DNA from: Octopus sinensis
Lineage: Eukaryota
NCBI RefSeq assembly: GCF_006345805.1
Contig: NC_042997.1
Coordinates: 69,874,001 to 69,938,000 of the forward strand
DNA length: 64,000 nucleotides
Direction of reading: 5' to 3'
Shown piece by piece: positions 13,150-25,630 of this stretch. How positions within the stretch are numbered: position 1 is the stretch's first letter; each line of letters starts with the position of its first letter. The translations under genes were made by a program, and so were the position numbers. The notes under the pieces were generated by a model, which was given only the letters and a program-made list of their open reading frames with translations, had not been told where the DNA came from and ran no database searches.

Positions 13150-13642
13150 TAAATAATTATACGTGAGTACAGGACATCACAATAAGACGTAGAAACGGGA
13201 AAAACAAAAAACAAGAAAACGAAAAAACAATTACAGGACGAGCTACACAAGGACAACACCCCCGTCATCAGCTGTCGCTAGTGGAGTCAAGCATGTTTCG
13301 AAGGCAGAGACAGAACACTAATCCAATAAGCCTTCCTGCGAGAGAATTAAAATAAAATTCCAAGCAGCGGGGCAAAATGAGTACGAACACGAACACGAAC
13401 AAGACGTAACAATAAAACTGCAAAAATAAAAATACATGTACAAAAAATACAATTAATTACAAAACGGGAAAATAAAAAGAGAATACGATACAGGAAATCA
13501 AACACACAAGGGGACGAACGAAAAACCCTTTTTTTTTGCATAGACAAACAATAAAACTGCAAAAATAAAAATACATGTACAAAAAATACAATTAATTACA
13601 AAACGAGAAAATAAAAAAGGATACGATACAGGAAATCAAACA
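13150..13642 (-). mobile_element. Non-coding repeat with a permuted hammerhead-like core and an internal ~95-bp direct repeat
   Basis: Direct repeat ~13408-13504 / 13548-13642. GAAA...CTGATGA on the minus strand at 13265-13299. Bounded by TA-rich tracts. Confidence 0.5.
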
Positions 13643-13650
13643 TATATATA

Positions 13651-13684
<34 letters not shown>

Positions 13685-13809
13685 ATTATATATATATATA
13701 TATATAGTTAAAGTTAATCCAAACAAGAAATAACAAAAAAACACAACACCCGAGGACGTGGAACAAATATAGTATTATTGGACGCTCAGGAAAGAAGGAA
13801 AGAAGGAGG

Positions 13810-13844
13810 GTTTAACGTTTCGAGCGGTGCTCTTCGTCGGAAAC
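13810..13844 (-). ncRNA. Minimal type I hammerhead-like motif
   Basis: Minus strand guuu-CCGACGA-a-gagc acc gcuc-GAAAC-GUU-aaac. Stems I and II pair and stem III is palindromic. One core change (U4C). Confidence 0.6.
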
Positions 13845-13934
13845 ATAGGAGAAGGAAAGATCCAGAGAAGGGAAGACAGAGGAAAAGAAATCGCCAACGG
13901 TACACACGCGGTCACATTACATACATGTATATGC

Positions 13935-14140
13935 TTGTGTTTCTGCATTTGTCCCCCTACAATCGCTTGACAACCACTGTTGGCGTGTTTACATCCCCGT
14001 AACCTAGCATTTCGACAAAAAGGAGCGATAGAATAAGTACTTGGCTTACAAATAATAAGTCCTGGGGTCGATTTATTCGACTAAATGCGTTGCTACAGCA
14101 TGGCCGCAGTCAAGTAATTGAAACAAATAAAAGAAATATA
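13935..14140 (+). mobile_element. SINE family B, 3' half
   Basis: Matches the 3' half of 34610-34950. Confidence 0.8.
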
Positions 14141-14171
14141 TAAATAGAAATAAAAGATGTATATATATATA

Positions 14172-15190
14172 TTTCCGTGAGAGTTAGAGGTTGAACTAAG
14201 GGTAGTACCCATCCAATATACTGCGGGTAGTGTGCCCAATTATTGATACCAAAGTGCTGGTTATTTCGTGGCAATTTTGCAGTCGAGTGTCATATATAGG
14301 CAGGAGTAAAAATTGGTTTACTCTTAATTCATACGGCAAAAAGAAAATGGAGGGGATACAAAAATGGCATACATCAGTCGGTAGACATTCTATTATGTCT
14401 ATTTATTCCAAAACAAAAGGGAGTATTATACGAATACATACACATGCAAAAACTGTGCTACAGAAATATATACTAGTAATTCATAAAAGCGTAAAAGATT
14501 AAAATATCAGTTCCTTACGGCCGTTTCTGCTAAGAGGCCACGATAACCTCCACGATAACTTCAGTGTTCTGTAGGGATGGGTAGATAGAGTTTGGATGTT
14601 GAGTGTGCCTCTAGGCTTCATCAGAGACTCTTAATGGTTAGGAGACCCGATACGTACAAGAGTCAGTTACTAATAGGTACAGTATATTTTTCTTATTAAA
14701 GGGGGCATAAGAAGAATAGGAGCAAAACTTAGAGTGTGAGAGGAGTAAAATTTAGTAAAATGGATTAGGTAAAGAGAAATAAGTCATAGACTTCAAGTGT
14801 TGCTTTCCAAGATTCATGTTATTTTATACAGTGGTGGATAGGTATGTATATTCGTTCTAAGGATGAGTTTTTTTTCAGAGGGTAAGTTTAGGCAGTTGTT
14901 CTTATTTTATTTACATATAAATACACGTTATGTTTGTGTTTACAGAGGTGAGTTTGAAAGTATGGTTTGAAAGTATGGTCCGTGTTTCGAAGGTGGAAGT
15001 TTATATGTAGGATGCTAGTTGGTACTAAAGAGAGTATGGCACCAGGTGGTGACCAAATTACGGTGTACCTTGTGTGCAGTGGTTATGGTCACTTCTGCAA
15101 CCTTATTGGTCAGCTATTTTTTTTGAAAACTATGAATGTCTACTGGCTGATGTATGTCATTTTTGTATCCCCTCTATTTTCTTTTTGGCA
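14172..15190 (-). mobile_element. Penelope-like non-coding remnant with inverted terminal segment
   Basis: Flanked by (TA)n. 14335-14390 is inverted at 15134-15189. Hammerhead core at 14509-14629. Confidence 0.6.
14509..14629 (-). ncRNA. Type I hammerhead-like motif with long stem II
   Basis: Minus strand CUGAUGA-a-gccuagaggc...gccucuuagca-GAAAC GGCC GUA. Palindromic stem III, imperfect stem I. Confidence 0.6.
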
Positions 15191-15328
15191 TATATATATA
15201 TATAGAGAGAGAGATAAAACTTACTTGGAATAGGATGCGCGGCGTTCGATCATATGATATAAAATAATATAACATACCTACATATATATGTATATATACA
15301 TGCATACATGGGTACAGGACATGAAAGA

Positions 15329-15624
15329 AAACGTAGATACAATGAGAAACGAAAACATAAAAACAAAAACATAGAAAACGAACTTTTTTCGAACAAAAAG
15401 AAAAAACAAACCGAGAAACGAGACATGCAACATAAAGAACATTCCCTTTATCAGTTGTCCCCTGTTTCATTTACTCCGCGTTATGAAACAGGGGACAACT
15501 GATGAAGGGAATGTTCTTTATGTTGCAAGTCTCGTTTCTCGGTTTGTTTTTTGTTTTTGTTCGAAAAAAGTTCGTTTTCTATGTTTTTGTTTTTATGTTT
15601 TCGTTTCTCATTGTGTCTACGTTT
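15329..15624. repeat. Fold-back inverted repeat, 142-bp arms, 12-nt loop
   Basis: 15329-15470 is the near-exact reverse complement of 15483-15624. Confidence 0.95.
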
Positions 15625-15762
15625 GTTTGATGTCCAGCATGCATGTATATATATATATGTGTGTGTGTGTGTGGTGTGTGGTGTGTGTGTGTGTGGTGTG
15701 TAGGTATGTACATATATGTATGTATATATGCAATATATTTAATTAATATATATATAAATATG

Positions 15763-15810
<48 letters not shown>

Positions 15811-16061
15811 TAAATAATATATATATGCATATATACACATACATGTACATACCTACATATATATGTATATATACATACATATATGGGTACAGAACATAAA
15901 AAACGTGAACAAAATGAGAAACGAGAACATAAAGAGCAAAAGTATGGAAAATGAACTTTTTTTCGAACAACGAAAAAAACAAATAGAGGAACGAGACAGG
16001 CAACATAAAGATCATTCCCTTCATCAGTTGTCCCCTGTTTATGTATGTATATATATATATA

Positions 16062-16452
16062 TTCTTTTATTCTTTTATTCTTTCACATGTTTCAGTGATT
16101 TGACTACGGCCTTGCTGCAGCACCGACTTTAGTCGAACAAATCGACCACAAGACTTATTCTTTGTAAACCTAGTACTTATTCTATCGGCCTCTTTCCCGA
16201 ACCGCTAAGTTACAGGGACGTAATCACACCAGCATCGGTTGTCAAGTGGAGGGACAAACACAGACACATAGACACACATACTCACTCATACACACACACA
16301 CACATATATGTACACGATTGGCTTTTTCAGTTTCCGTCTACCAAATCCACTCAACAGACCTTGGTCGGCTCGAGCTATAGTAGAAGGCTCTTGCCCAATG
16401 TGCCACACAGTGAGACTGAACCCGGAACCATGTGGATGGTAAGGAAGCTACT
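16062..16452 (-). mobile_element. SINE family B
   Basis: Reverse complement of the family B sequence seen at 34610-34950. Confidence 0.85.
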
Positions 16453-16589
16453 TTATTTTTTAAAATTTTGCCATAAAGGCATGATACATAGTAGCTTGCG
16501 GGCTAGACAATTACATTGATGAGATGAATGATGAAATAAAAGGATATTAATGGGAGAAGACAAAAAACGCCCGCCGATTTTTTGCTTGC

Positions 16590-16796
16590 CTAAAACATTA
16601 TTTTTTACAGAAAAATCAAACCGAGGTACTGAACCTCTTACTTCCGTTTTTACAAGTATTGGACTTAATAGTCTATTTACAAATTAAAACATTGTTATTT
16701 TTACACAAAAACCAAACGAGGTATTGAACCTCTTACTTCCGTTTTTCAATTTTTGGACTTAATAGTCCATTTACAAAATGAGGCACTGAACCTCTA
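16590..16796. repeat. ~100-bp tandem repeat (about 2 units plus a partial)
   Basis: GAGGTA(C/T)TGAACCTCTTACTTCCGTTTTT...TTGGACTTAATAGTC occurs twice, with a third partial GAGGCACTGAACCTC. Confidence 0.85.
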
Positions 16797-17314
16797 ACAC
16801 ACTTAAACATTAAACACTGAGGCTTTTCAACCTCTTGTCAGTTTTCCTCCTCAACATCGCTTGTGCCCGTATACTCCACCATTACCCACGCCTCGTTTAA
16901 AACCAAAGCGGGGACCACAAGTAATCCGCAAATAATCTACTGGTAATCCTCCAGAATATCGCTTCACGCAGGTACTCCAGTTCACCGTAGCAGCAAAAAC
17001 AATTCCTTCCCGAATGGGTCGAATTTTTAAAACTTTTCAAATTTTGGTAGCGAGACACGCCCACCAAAACAAAACAATTCTCATTGCTAAGTGAGTTACT
17101 CAGTGCGACTGCAGCAGGCAAATGTTCGAGACCATTGGGGATTTCTTATATGAAAAAAGGAAAAACAATGTCATACAACAAATTCCCCATTAAATTCTCC
17201 TTAAAAAAAAATAAGTGTCTACCTCGCAGTCGCGCCTTCAACGGTTCTTTAATTCAAGACGGTTTCCAAGCACGTCTTGACAACGTTCACTCACGTAAGT
17301 GACTGACAAACTCA

Positions 17315-17665
17315 CGTATTGAAAGTGGTTCCCACATAAAATTCAAGAGCGGATCCCTTTTCAAAATAAATGCAGATATGAACTACAAAACGCAAAACCT
17401 CATATACTGCATTACCTGCCCAAACCGCAAAGAAAATTACATCGGCGAAACAAATACTTCCCTCTGCCAACGAGCAAGAATTCACAGGCAACATATCCGA
17501 GAAGAAGAATTACGCAAGATTCCATTAAGTAAGCATCTGGAAATATGCGACAACGGAAAATTCAAAATTTTTCCCTTTAACAAATCTGCACGGGACGATC
17601 CGCAATACCGAAAAGCAATGGAACTACATTTCATCAAAAAATTCTCTCCAAAATTGAATGTCTGA
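17315..17665 (+). pseudogene. Penelope-like element GIY-YIG endonuclease domain (5'-truncated)
   Basis: Open frame RIESGSHIKFKSGSLFKINADMNYKTQNLIYCITCPNRKENYIGETNTSLCQRARIHRQHI...KHLEIC...AMELHFIKKFSPKLNV*, carrying the LIY...YIGET, R..H, E and LN motifs of GIY-YIG nucleases. Confidence 0.88.
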
Positions 17666-17994
17666 AAGAAAAGCAGAGATAGTACGTTTACTAAGTGTTA
17701 TACTAATGTTCTCTAACGCAAAATCACGGAATTGAAAGAGGCGTGATCGACGTTACACAGTATAGACATGGAAATATTCCTAACCATACACATACGCGCT
17801 CGCACACGTACACACACGCGCACGCACACACACACACACTCATACACACACACATACACACACGCTTCATCAAGGAATCCTCCCTAAAATTGAATGTTTG
17901 GGGGTAAAGTGGTGAATTGTGAATTTTTTAATCCAAATGTGGCTCATCTCTACAAATGTTCAGATATATATATATGTGTGTGTGTATGTGTGTG

Positions 17995-19100
17995 TCTTTG
18001 TAACTATGGCAAACTACACCATTAGTAGTCCTCATGTCTTCAAATGATGTAGCTCCTGTTATATGAAAGCACTCAGATAGACTCACTCTTGTTCCTTTGG
18101 TGAAACAAAGTAGATACGCCCAATTGAGTGTGTAATATTTTTTCTGAGATGCCATATTTTCTCACTTTTATTCCATATGTAAAATTCAGGGAAATCAGTA
18201 TAGTGTAATGTACGAGCAAATGAGTTAGCTGGTGATTCCCGGTTAACTCATATCCATTCAATGAGAGTGGACCAGTCATGTGTGTGGATAACATGTTCAA
18301 TATTATCATCGTCATTAAAGTAAATGTATTGCTGATGGGATACATGAACTGTAAGCTTTTGGACTGCAGGATATGAACCATGTAATTTGGACCCTAAAAT
18401 CCTCCAGACTGCCTCTAATGTGGATACATAGCGGCCATTGATATAATTTTCAATTTCATCTTTGTGTGTTTGTCATGCTAATGTGTTTGTCCACTAATAT
18501 TGATTATCACCCGATCATGACCTTTATGAATATATTTGCTAATATATTTATCTGATTTTACAGATGCACATATCTCTATATTACAATGACCTCCATATTT
18601 GATTAAAAAGAAGGGGGAAAATGGTACTATTAGACGATTATCTAATTCAATATTAGACTTTGTAAATATTTCGACGTCGGTAAAGTGGATAGCCATTATA
18701 ACTGTGTAACGTATTTTCTTGAAAGTCTTTAAGGAAATGATTTTTACATTTCCCATCAACCATACATGTTGCTCTAGGTTTCTCTTCCACATGGTCCATG
18801 TAGCACGCTTTTGGTGACATGTTGAAACAGAATTGGTTGTGTTTGTGAATGTGGAAGTTCTGTATAAACAAATTTATCATAATGTTCTGGATCTTTTTTT
18901 AATATGAACAACATATGACAACGGAGTAGTCCACATTTTTGAAACTCTATAGTCCACATGTACCCTGCAACCTCTCACAAAACAGTCTTCTCAAAAATAT
19001 CATGCAAGAGATCCCTAAGTTACATATTAAATACTCTGTCAGTTAAATCTGGTCCCTTAGCTGGTGTCTGTCCTGGATAAAGTTCGTCTGTGATACCGGT
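17995..19100 (-). pseudogene. Helitron Rep/Helicase relic (Rep domain)
   Basis: Frameshifted pieces: IEFQKCGLLRCH (cf. EFQKRGLPHxH), HGPCG, YPLYRRR, DNRLIVPFSP, HCNIEIC..KYISKYIHKGHD, GATSFEDMRTTNG. Confidence 0.92.
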
Positions 19101-19139
19101 CGAGCAACGAAAAATCTGACATAACTGAAAAATCAAATT

Positions 19140-19344
19140 ACGGAGATGTACTTGCATAGCAAGTGACTTGATGTAAAATCATGTGCTGAAACAAAAAACA
19201 ATTGCAGCGTGGAAGATGATTGTCAGTGAACAGGTCGCAATTTCAGAACGACGAAAATAATTTGACACAAATTGAACTTAAATGTTGAAGTGAATCTAAC
19301 GGTTTTCCTTGAATGGCTAACAAATATCTTCGAAGCTGCAATTG

Positions 19345-19345
<1 letters not shown>
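19140..19345 (+). mobile_element. MITE-like element, left part
   Basis: Internal sequence shared with 36940-37139. Its terminus GGAGATGTACTTGCATAGCAAGTGACTTGAT appears inverted at the right end of that copy. Confidence 0.65.
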
Positions 19346-19394
<49 letters not shown>

Positions 19395-19442
19395 TTAGCC
19401 CCTACACGCAATTTTTTTCCCTCCTTGTTTCTTTTCTGTGTA

Positions 19443-19480
19443 TCTTTCTGTCGAAGAGCGTAGGCTAGAAACGTAAAAGA
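19443..19480 (+). ncRNA. Minimal type I hammerhead-like motif within a ~190-bp element (19392-19578) between (TA)n tracts
   Basis: ucuuu-CUGUCGA-a-gagc guag gcua-GAAAC-GUA-aaaga. 5-bp stem I and ACGU palindromic stem III. Core change A6U. Confidence 0.6.
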
Positions 19481-19583
19481 CTTGTTTTATTTCTATTCCT
19501 GAGCGCCATACTAATACATTGTTTGTTTGTACTCCACCTGCCTTCATCTTTTGTTTATTTTCGTAAACCTTCCCGTTATATAT

Positions 19584-19614
<31 letters not shown>

Positions 19615-19676
19615 GCGGCGAGGCAGCCTGCTGCCCGCCCTTTAATTATTTTCACTATATATATATATTATATATA

Positions 19677-19806
<130 letters not shown>

Positions 19807-19911
19807 GAGATCAACTTCATCATAAAGAAAAAAAAACGAGAAATTGCAGAATCGCACCTCTCCTTGAAAAATGCACCTTTTTGAAAAACTTTTTTCGGAT
19901 TCCTAGGTTGT

Positions 19912-20148
19912 AGATGTCGGAGATTACGAACATGCAAAAAAAAATTATAAATAAATAAAAAACACCTTTTCAACCCCCCCCTGTCCCCACCCACCGCCCA
20001 ACTTAAAACTTTGAACTCTTTCGGAATTTTTTTAAAACACCTTTTCCAAATTTAAAATTCCCACGTCCACCTCTCCTCCCAAATTAACATTTTTTCAAAT
20101 TTCGCCCCGACTCTCCGCACATACGCAAAAACAGATATATATATATAT

Positions 20149-20229
<81 letters not shown>

Positions 20230-20580
20230 GAGATATCAATAAACGGTAGGGATAGATAGATGGACAAATAAATAAATGGATGAATAAGTTCAAAATTTAA
20301 AATTGGGGATGGGTGAAATTTGAGCCCCTTATTAAACTTTATAACACTAAGTATTAAATATATTAATGTTTGTTTCTTATTATTTACGATTAAAGCAAAC
20401 ACAACAAAAACGCAAATTCGTTTCACTTAAACGTGTTTGTCTATATTTAAATTCAATTTACATATGTTCGTCAATCTGCTACGATCTTTTTAAAGTAAAC
20501 AAAATCAAAGTTTTAAACTGGGGGTGGGGGTGAAATCTGAAAAGGTGATTTTTTTTTGGCATATTCGTAATATCCGACGT
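19912..20580. mobile_element. Degenerate inverted-repeat (MITE/fold-back) element
   Basis: GTCGGAGATTACGAACATGC...CACCTTTTCA...TTAAAACTTTG (~19916-20013) is inverted at ~20506-20578. Confidence 0.6.
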
Positions 20581-20888
20581 AGAGTAAACACTATGCAATA
20601 AATATTTCTAGATGCCTTACATCACAAAAGCAAATCAAATTGTATGAATAGAACGTAAGATTGATACGCGAGGAAAAAATTTTAAATAGCCTTGACTGTA
20701 ATTTCTGTCGAGCATAGACATGTACTCCGGCCTGGAAAATGCGATAACCGGTTAATGTGTATCACTGGGCATGCGTAACAGGACATACAGAGAAACGACC
20801 TTTTCTGTTAAATATATTAGTCATGATCCGATACATACATACATACATTCCCGTTATATATATATATATATATATGTGTATATATATA

Positions 20889-20951
<63 letters not shown>

Positions 20952-21903
20952 ACGTACACACACACACTCATACACATATATTCTTTTATTCTTTTACTTG
21001 TTTCAGCCATTTGACTGCGGCTATGCTGCAGCACCACTTTAAAGGGGGTTAGTCGAAAAACTCGACCCCCACATATACACATTATATCATGTATATATAC
21101 CTACATATATTACATATCATAACTATATCGATTCTACATATAGATTCCATAGATTGATACCGACCAGCAGAATTCGAAATTTGAACGCAGAGATATCACA
21201 AAACACCACATGCCATTTTTATATAAAACCTACCCGATTCTTCTACCCACTGCCATGATACAGAATAAATACATAACCATTACGACCATGACTATCATCA
21301 CCTCCGCCAATAGTCCTTATATCCTCTTTAACTTCAACAACCGAAGCAATATCCCAGGTGGCGCTATAGACAGTTGATGTCACTCATCTGTAATAAATGG
21401 ACATAAGCTAACTATATATTGAAAAGAAAATATAAAATAAAGCATGAACAATAAAAAAATAACAAAAATATTAATGATAATAATAACAACAACAACAATA
21501 ACACATCATGAACTAACTAAAAATAAAAAAAATAAAAAAACAGATTAACATCATAAGGCGGAGTAAGAGAAGGAAGAAAGCAGAAACGAAGCTGTGATTT
21601 CTGCGAATTCTCTTTGAAGGTCAAATAAGGTCAAGAGGTATTTCTTGTTCTGCCGTGTATTTCTTTCTCTTTTCCCCTTTTCTTTTATTTCAGTGAAGTA
21701 AAAGAAGTAGGACCTGAATGCCAACGCCTTGTCATGGTTTGGAGTTGACCACCACCCGCCCAGAGGCGAATGACGGCGACGCTCTTCAACCCGCAATGGC
21801 CCTTCTAGCAGTTTTCATGTAACCTCCCTTGTCTACAAATAGATTCGCCGTTAAAGAGTAATGCTGACGTTGGTTTCCAGGATATATATATATGTGGATA
21901 GAC

Positions 21904-21979
<76 letters not shown>

Positions 21980-22062
21980 TATATATGTATATATATATGT
22001 GTGTGGGTGTGCCTGTGTGTGTATGTGTGTCTGTGTGTATGTGTACTCTCGTGTATTACATT

Positions 22063-22112
<50 letters not shown>

Positions 22113-22145
22113 ATATAATATAGTAGTTGTGTGTACGTATTGGTC

Positions 22146-22183
<38 letters not shown>

Positions 22184-23496
22184 AGATAGATAGATGGATT
22201 CAGAAATATACATGTATATATGCAAGAAAACTTTGTGCGTGTGTTTATGGATTATTACGTTGTGACAGTGCCCAGACAATGTTTTGTTTCCCGGGTGTAA
22301 TAATATATTATAAGGTAGTATAGTGCAATGTAAGAATGATATAGAAACATACTAGAATGTAGTATAGTAGTTGGAGTGGTTCCAATATGTTCGTGCTTCA
22401 ATGTGTTTCATTATTTCCACGTAAACTGTTTAGGTTTTGTTATTCTCGATTGAGATTATAGAGACCACGTGGATGTCGTTCCATGGCTAGTCTGTTGTTA
22501 AAGGAGTGTCAAAGGAAAATACTGGATCAGCTCTCCAAACACACAGTGTCTTGCACATATACAGTCTCACACACGCATGTTCAGGTCCTGTCATTCTGTC
22601 TCTACCACACAAACGTAGGGAGGCAACCCTACTTTTCTCTCTCTTATGCTCACACACACACATGTAAACGTACGGACAGTCGCGTGCGCAAGCACGTTCG
22701 ACATTCACATCGCACAGGCATCGACAAACGACTAAAAATATAGCCAGAGGCCTTCTGGATGGACATCAACCGAAAGGAAGGGCAGCGGTAGGTAGTAGGC
22801 AATAGACCTCATATCAGTCATGCCAGGTGAGGGAGCGGCGTGGAGGAAGGTAGAACAACGACGTGAGGAGGTAAGGACCACACTGAACGCTGTGGGAGTG
22901 TTGGTGTAGATGAGACTGAACAAGCAATGGTGGGTGAGGGGAAAGTGGAGGCGGGTGACCGGGTAGGGAGTCAGTGAGAGAGAAAAAAAATGAACGGAAG
23001 GGTCGTTGGGTAAGGACGGTTAGATATAAGGAGGGTTAGGTAGGTATTAGGAGGTAGGCGGTATAGTGAATGGAGCGATGATGGGGCATGTAAGAGAAAG
23101 CCTCTTGTTACTTTTCGATTTCAAGTCATTGTACACAGCTTCCCTGCTGGTTGATAAGACACAAGAAAAGATTCTTCACATTTCTCTCCTCCTCTTCCTC
23201 CCACTCTCCCCACACCCGCAATTCAATATTACGGATGCCATATTGCTTTCAGTAAAGCATTCTTTTTGTTTGTTCTTGCTTCTCTTTAACGTACTTCATT
23301 TTTTTTTCCATTTGTAAATCCGCCTCCTACCATCCCTTCCAACGTACGCTCTATTTATTCTACTTTTGATCTGGTTAACAATTTTTATTTCAATCTATTA
23401 CATTTGATTGCAGAAACTATAATAGTAGTAATATTAACAACAAAAACAGCAGGAAAATAATATCAATAACAACGACGCCAATAATAACGATCATAA

Positions 23497-23660
23497 TCCT
23501 TTCTGCTAAAGGCACAAGGACTGAAATTTTGTGGAGAGAGGACTAGTAGGTTACATCAACCCCAGTGTTTCACTGGTACTTAATTTATTGACCCCGAGAG
23601 GATGAAAGGCAAAGTCGACCTCGGCGGAATTTTAACTCAGAACTTAAAGATTTTGCTAAT
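23497..23660 (-). mobile_element. SINE family A, partial
   Basis: GATGAAAGGCAAAGTCGACCTCGGCGGAATT signature. Confidence 0.8.
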
Positions 23661-23725
23661 GATTCTGCTACTCACAGTCAATAATAATAATAATAATAAT
23701 AATAACAATAATAATAATAATAATA

Positions 23726-23776
<51 letters not shown>

Positions 23777-23855
23777 TAATAATAATAATAACAAAAATAA
23801 CAACAACAACAACAACAATAATAATAATAATTGTTATCATCATCATCATCATCAT

Positions 23856-25536
23856 TTTCTTTGCACAGCTTCTAACGCTGGAGATGTACTACGGTGCCAG
23901 CTGTTCCCTACCAGTGAACTAAGAAACACCTCTTATTTTTCGAGCACCTTCCGGAGTATTCGAGCGGTTCCAAACAGTGCTGTTTTCTGCAAGTGCTCCA
24001 CCTTTATTGCAGCCCCTGTTTGTTCCATGTACTTCTCAAGATTTTTACTCACTGTTCCCAGGGCTCCGACAATTATTGGTACTACTACCACCTTTTTTAT
24101 CGACCACAACTGCTTAACTTCCCAGGGTAACCTGTCATATAGACTTTTCTTTCTTCCTTCCTTATCACATACCTTGTTGTCAGCTGGGCATGCTATATCT
24201 ATGATCCAGCATAGTTTGCTTTCTTTCTCAATTAAGACTATGTCTGGCTTCTTATTCTCTATCTCATGGTCGCACTGAATCATAAAATCCCACAGGATCT
24301 TTGCATTATCATTTTCGATGATGCCTTCGGGTTTGTGGTCGTGCCAATTTTTTGCTCTGTCAAGTCCATACTTGTTGTAAAGTGTCCAATGGACAAACCT
24401 TGCTATATTGTCGTGGCGTCTCTTATACTCCTTCTGGGCTAGCGGCGTATATTGGCTGGTAATATGCCATACAGTTTCACTATTTTGTCCACAGATTCTG
24501 CACTTATCACTTTCTGATGTGTTGTATATTCTGTATTTTATGTAGTTTGGTCTTAGCGCTTGGTATTGGGCAGCACAGATTAGAGCCTCCGTTTCCAGTT
24601 TTAAATCACTTTTAGTCATCCGCAGCCATCTTTTTTCTCAGTCTTATCTTCAACATCCCTATGAAATTATCCATGCATTCTTTTCTTTACCCACTTGTTT
24701 TCAGTTTCATTCGTTTTCAAATTCTTGCATAGTGCTTTATATTTTGTAATCTTTCATTCTACACAAGCCTGACCTTCTTACTTCTAATAATAACGGTTCT
24801 GTGGCATTTTTTACATACCATGCTATGCTGTTACCTTCTGCTCTAGTGCGGTGTTCGCATCCAATAAGTCCACTTCCCCATCTTTTTCTTGGTACATATA
24901 GTCTGTATGTGTCACTTTTTGGGTGGAGTGTCCCATATCTAGTTTGCAACTTCCTTGTCCTTCTGTCTAAGCTGTTTAGTTAGCCTACTGTCCATGCGAT
25001 TACTCCTGCTCCATATCTAAGGAGTGAAACCGCCCAGGTATTGATAGCTTCAATCTTATTCCGTTCGTTTAATTTCGACTTAAGGATCAGTCTCAGTCTG
25101 CAAAAGTACTCCGCCTTAAATTTTTCTGTCATTTCTTTCTCCATCAATGTATCCATTGCCAATATCCCCAAGTACTTATAGCCCGTCTCTTTTATCTGCT
25201 TCATAACCTCCCCCGACGGTATCGATAGCCCGTCCATACATTTGATTTTGCCTCTCTTCAAGACTAACACACCTCACTTTCTCAGTTCGAACTCCACTCT
25301 GATATCAGTACTGAATGTATACGCCGTACCAACGAGGGAACTGACTTGGGTTTCATCTTTACCATAAAATTTGAGGTCATCTATGAATAACAAATGGTTG
25401 ACGTTTTCTTAGCGGCTCTTGAATACATAGACAGCCTTTGCTTTCCTCAGAATCAGTATTAGTGGTATCAAGCACAGTACAAAGATCACTGGGGACAGGC
25501 AGTCCCCTTGGAAGATGTCCCACCTAAGTTCTACTG
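23856..25536 (-). mobile_element. R4/Dong-clade non-LTR retrotransposon, 5'-truncated, copy 1
   Basis: RT motifs IFQGDCLSP and HLLFIDDLK, then thumb region, zinc knuckle and REL nuclease. Disrupted by stops and frameshifts. Embedded in (CAT)n/(TAA)n repeats. Confidence 0.92.
23933..24619 (-). pseudogene. C-terminal zinc knuckle plus restriction-like endonuclease of the R4/Dong element
   Basis: CRICGQNSETVWHITSQ, KRRHDN, ILWDF, KPDIVL...IIDIACP, PIIVGALG. Confidence 0.9.
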
Positions 25537-25555
25537 TTATTATCATCATCATCAT

Positions 25556-25630
<75 letters not shown>

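Noticed and set aside
16590-16796. CRISPR-like array
   Set aside because: Eukaryotic context, whole units repeat with no unique spacers, and no cas genes.
22430-23110. Possible PLE or exon remnant
   Set aside because: No diagnostic motif or splice pair found.
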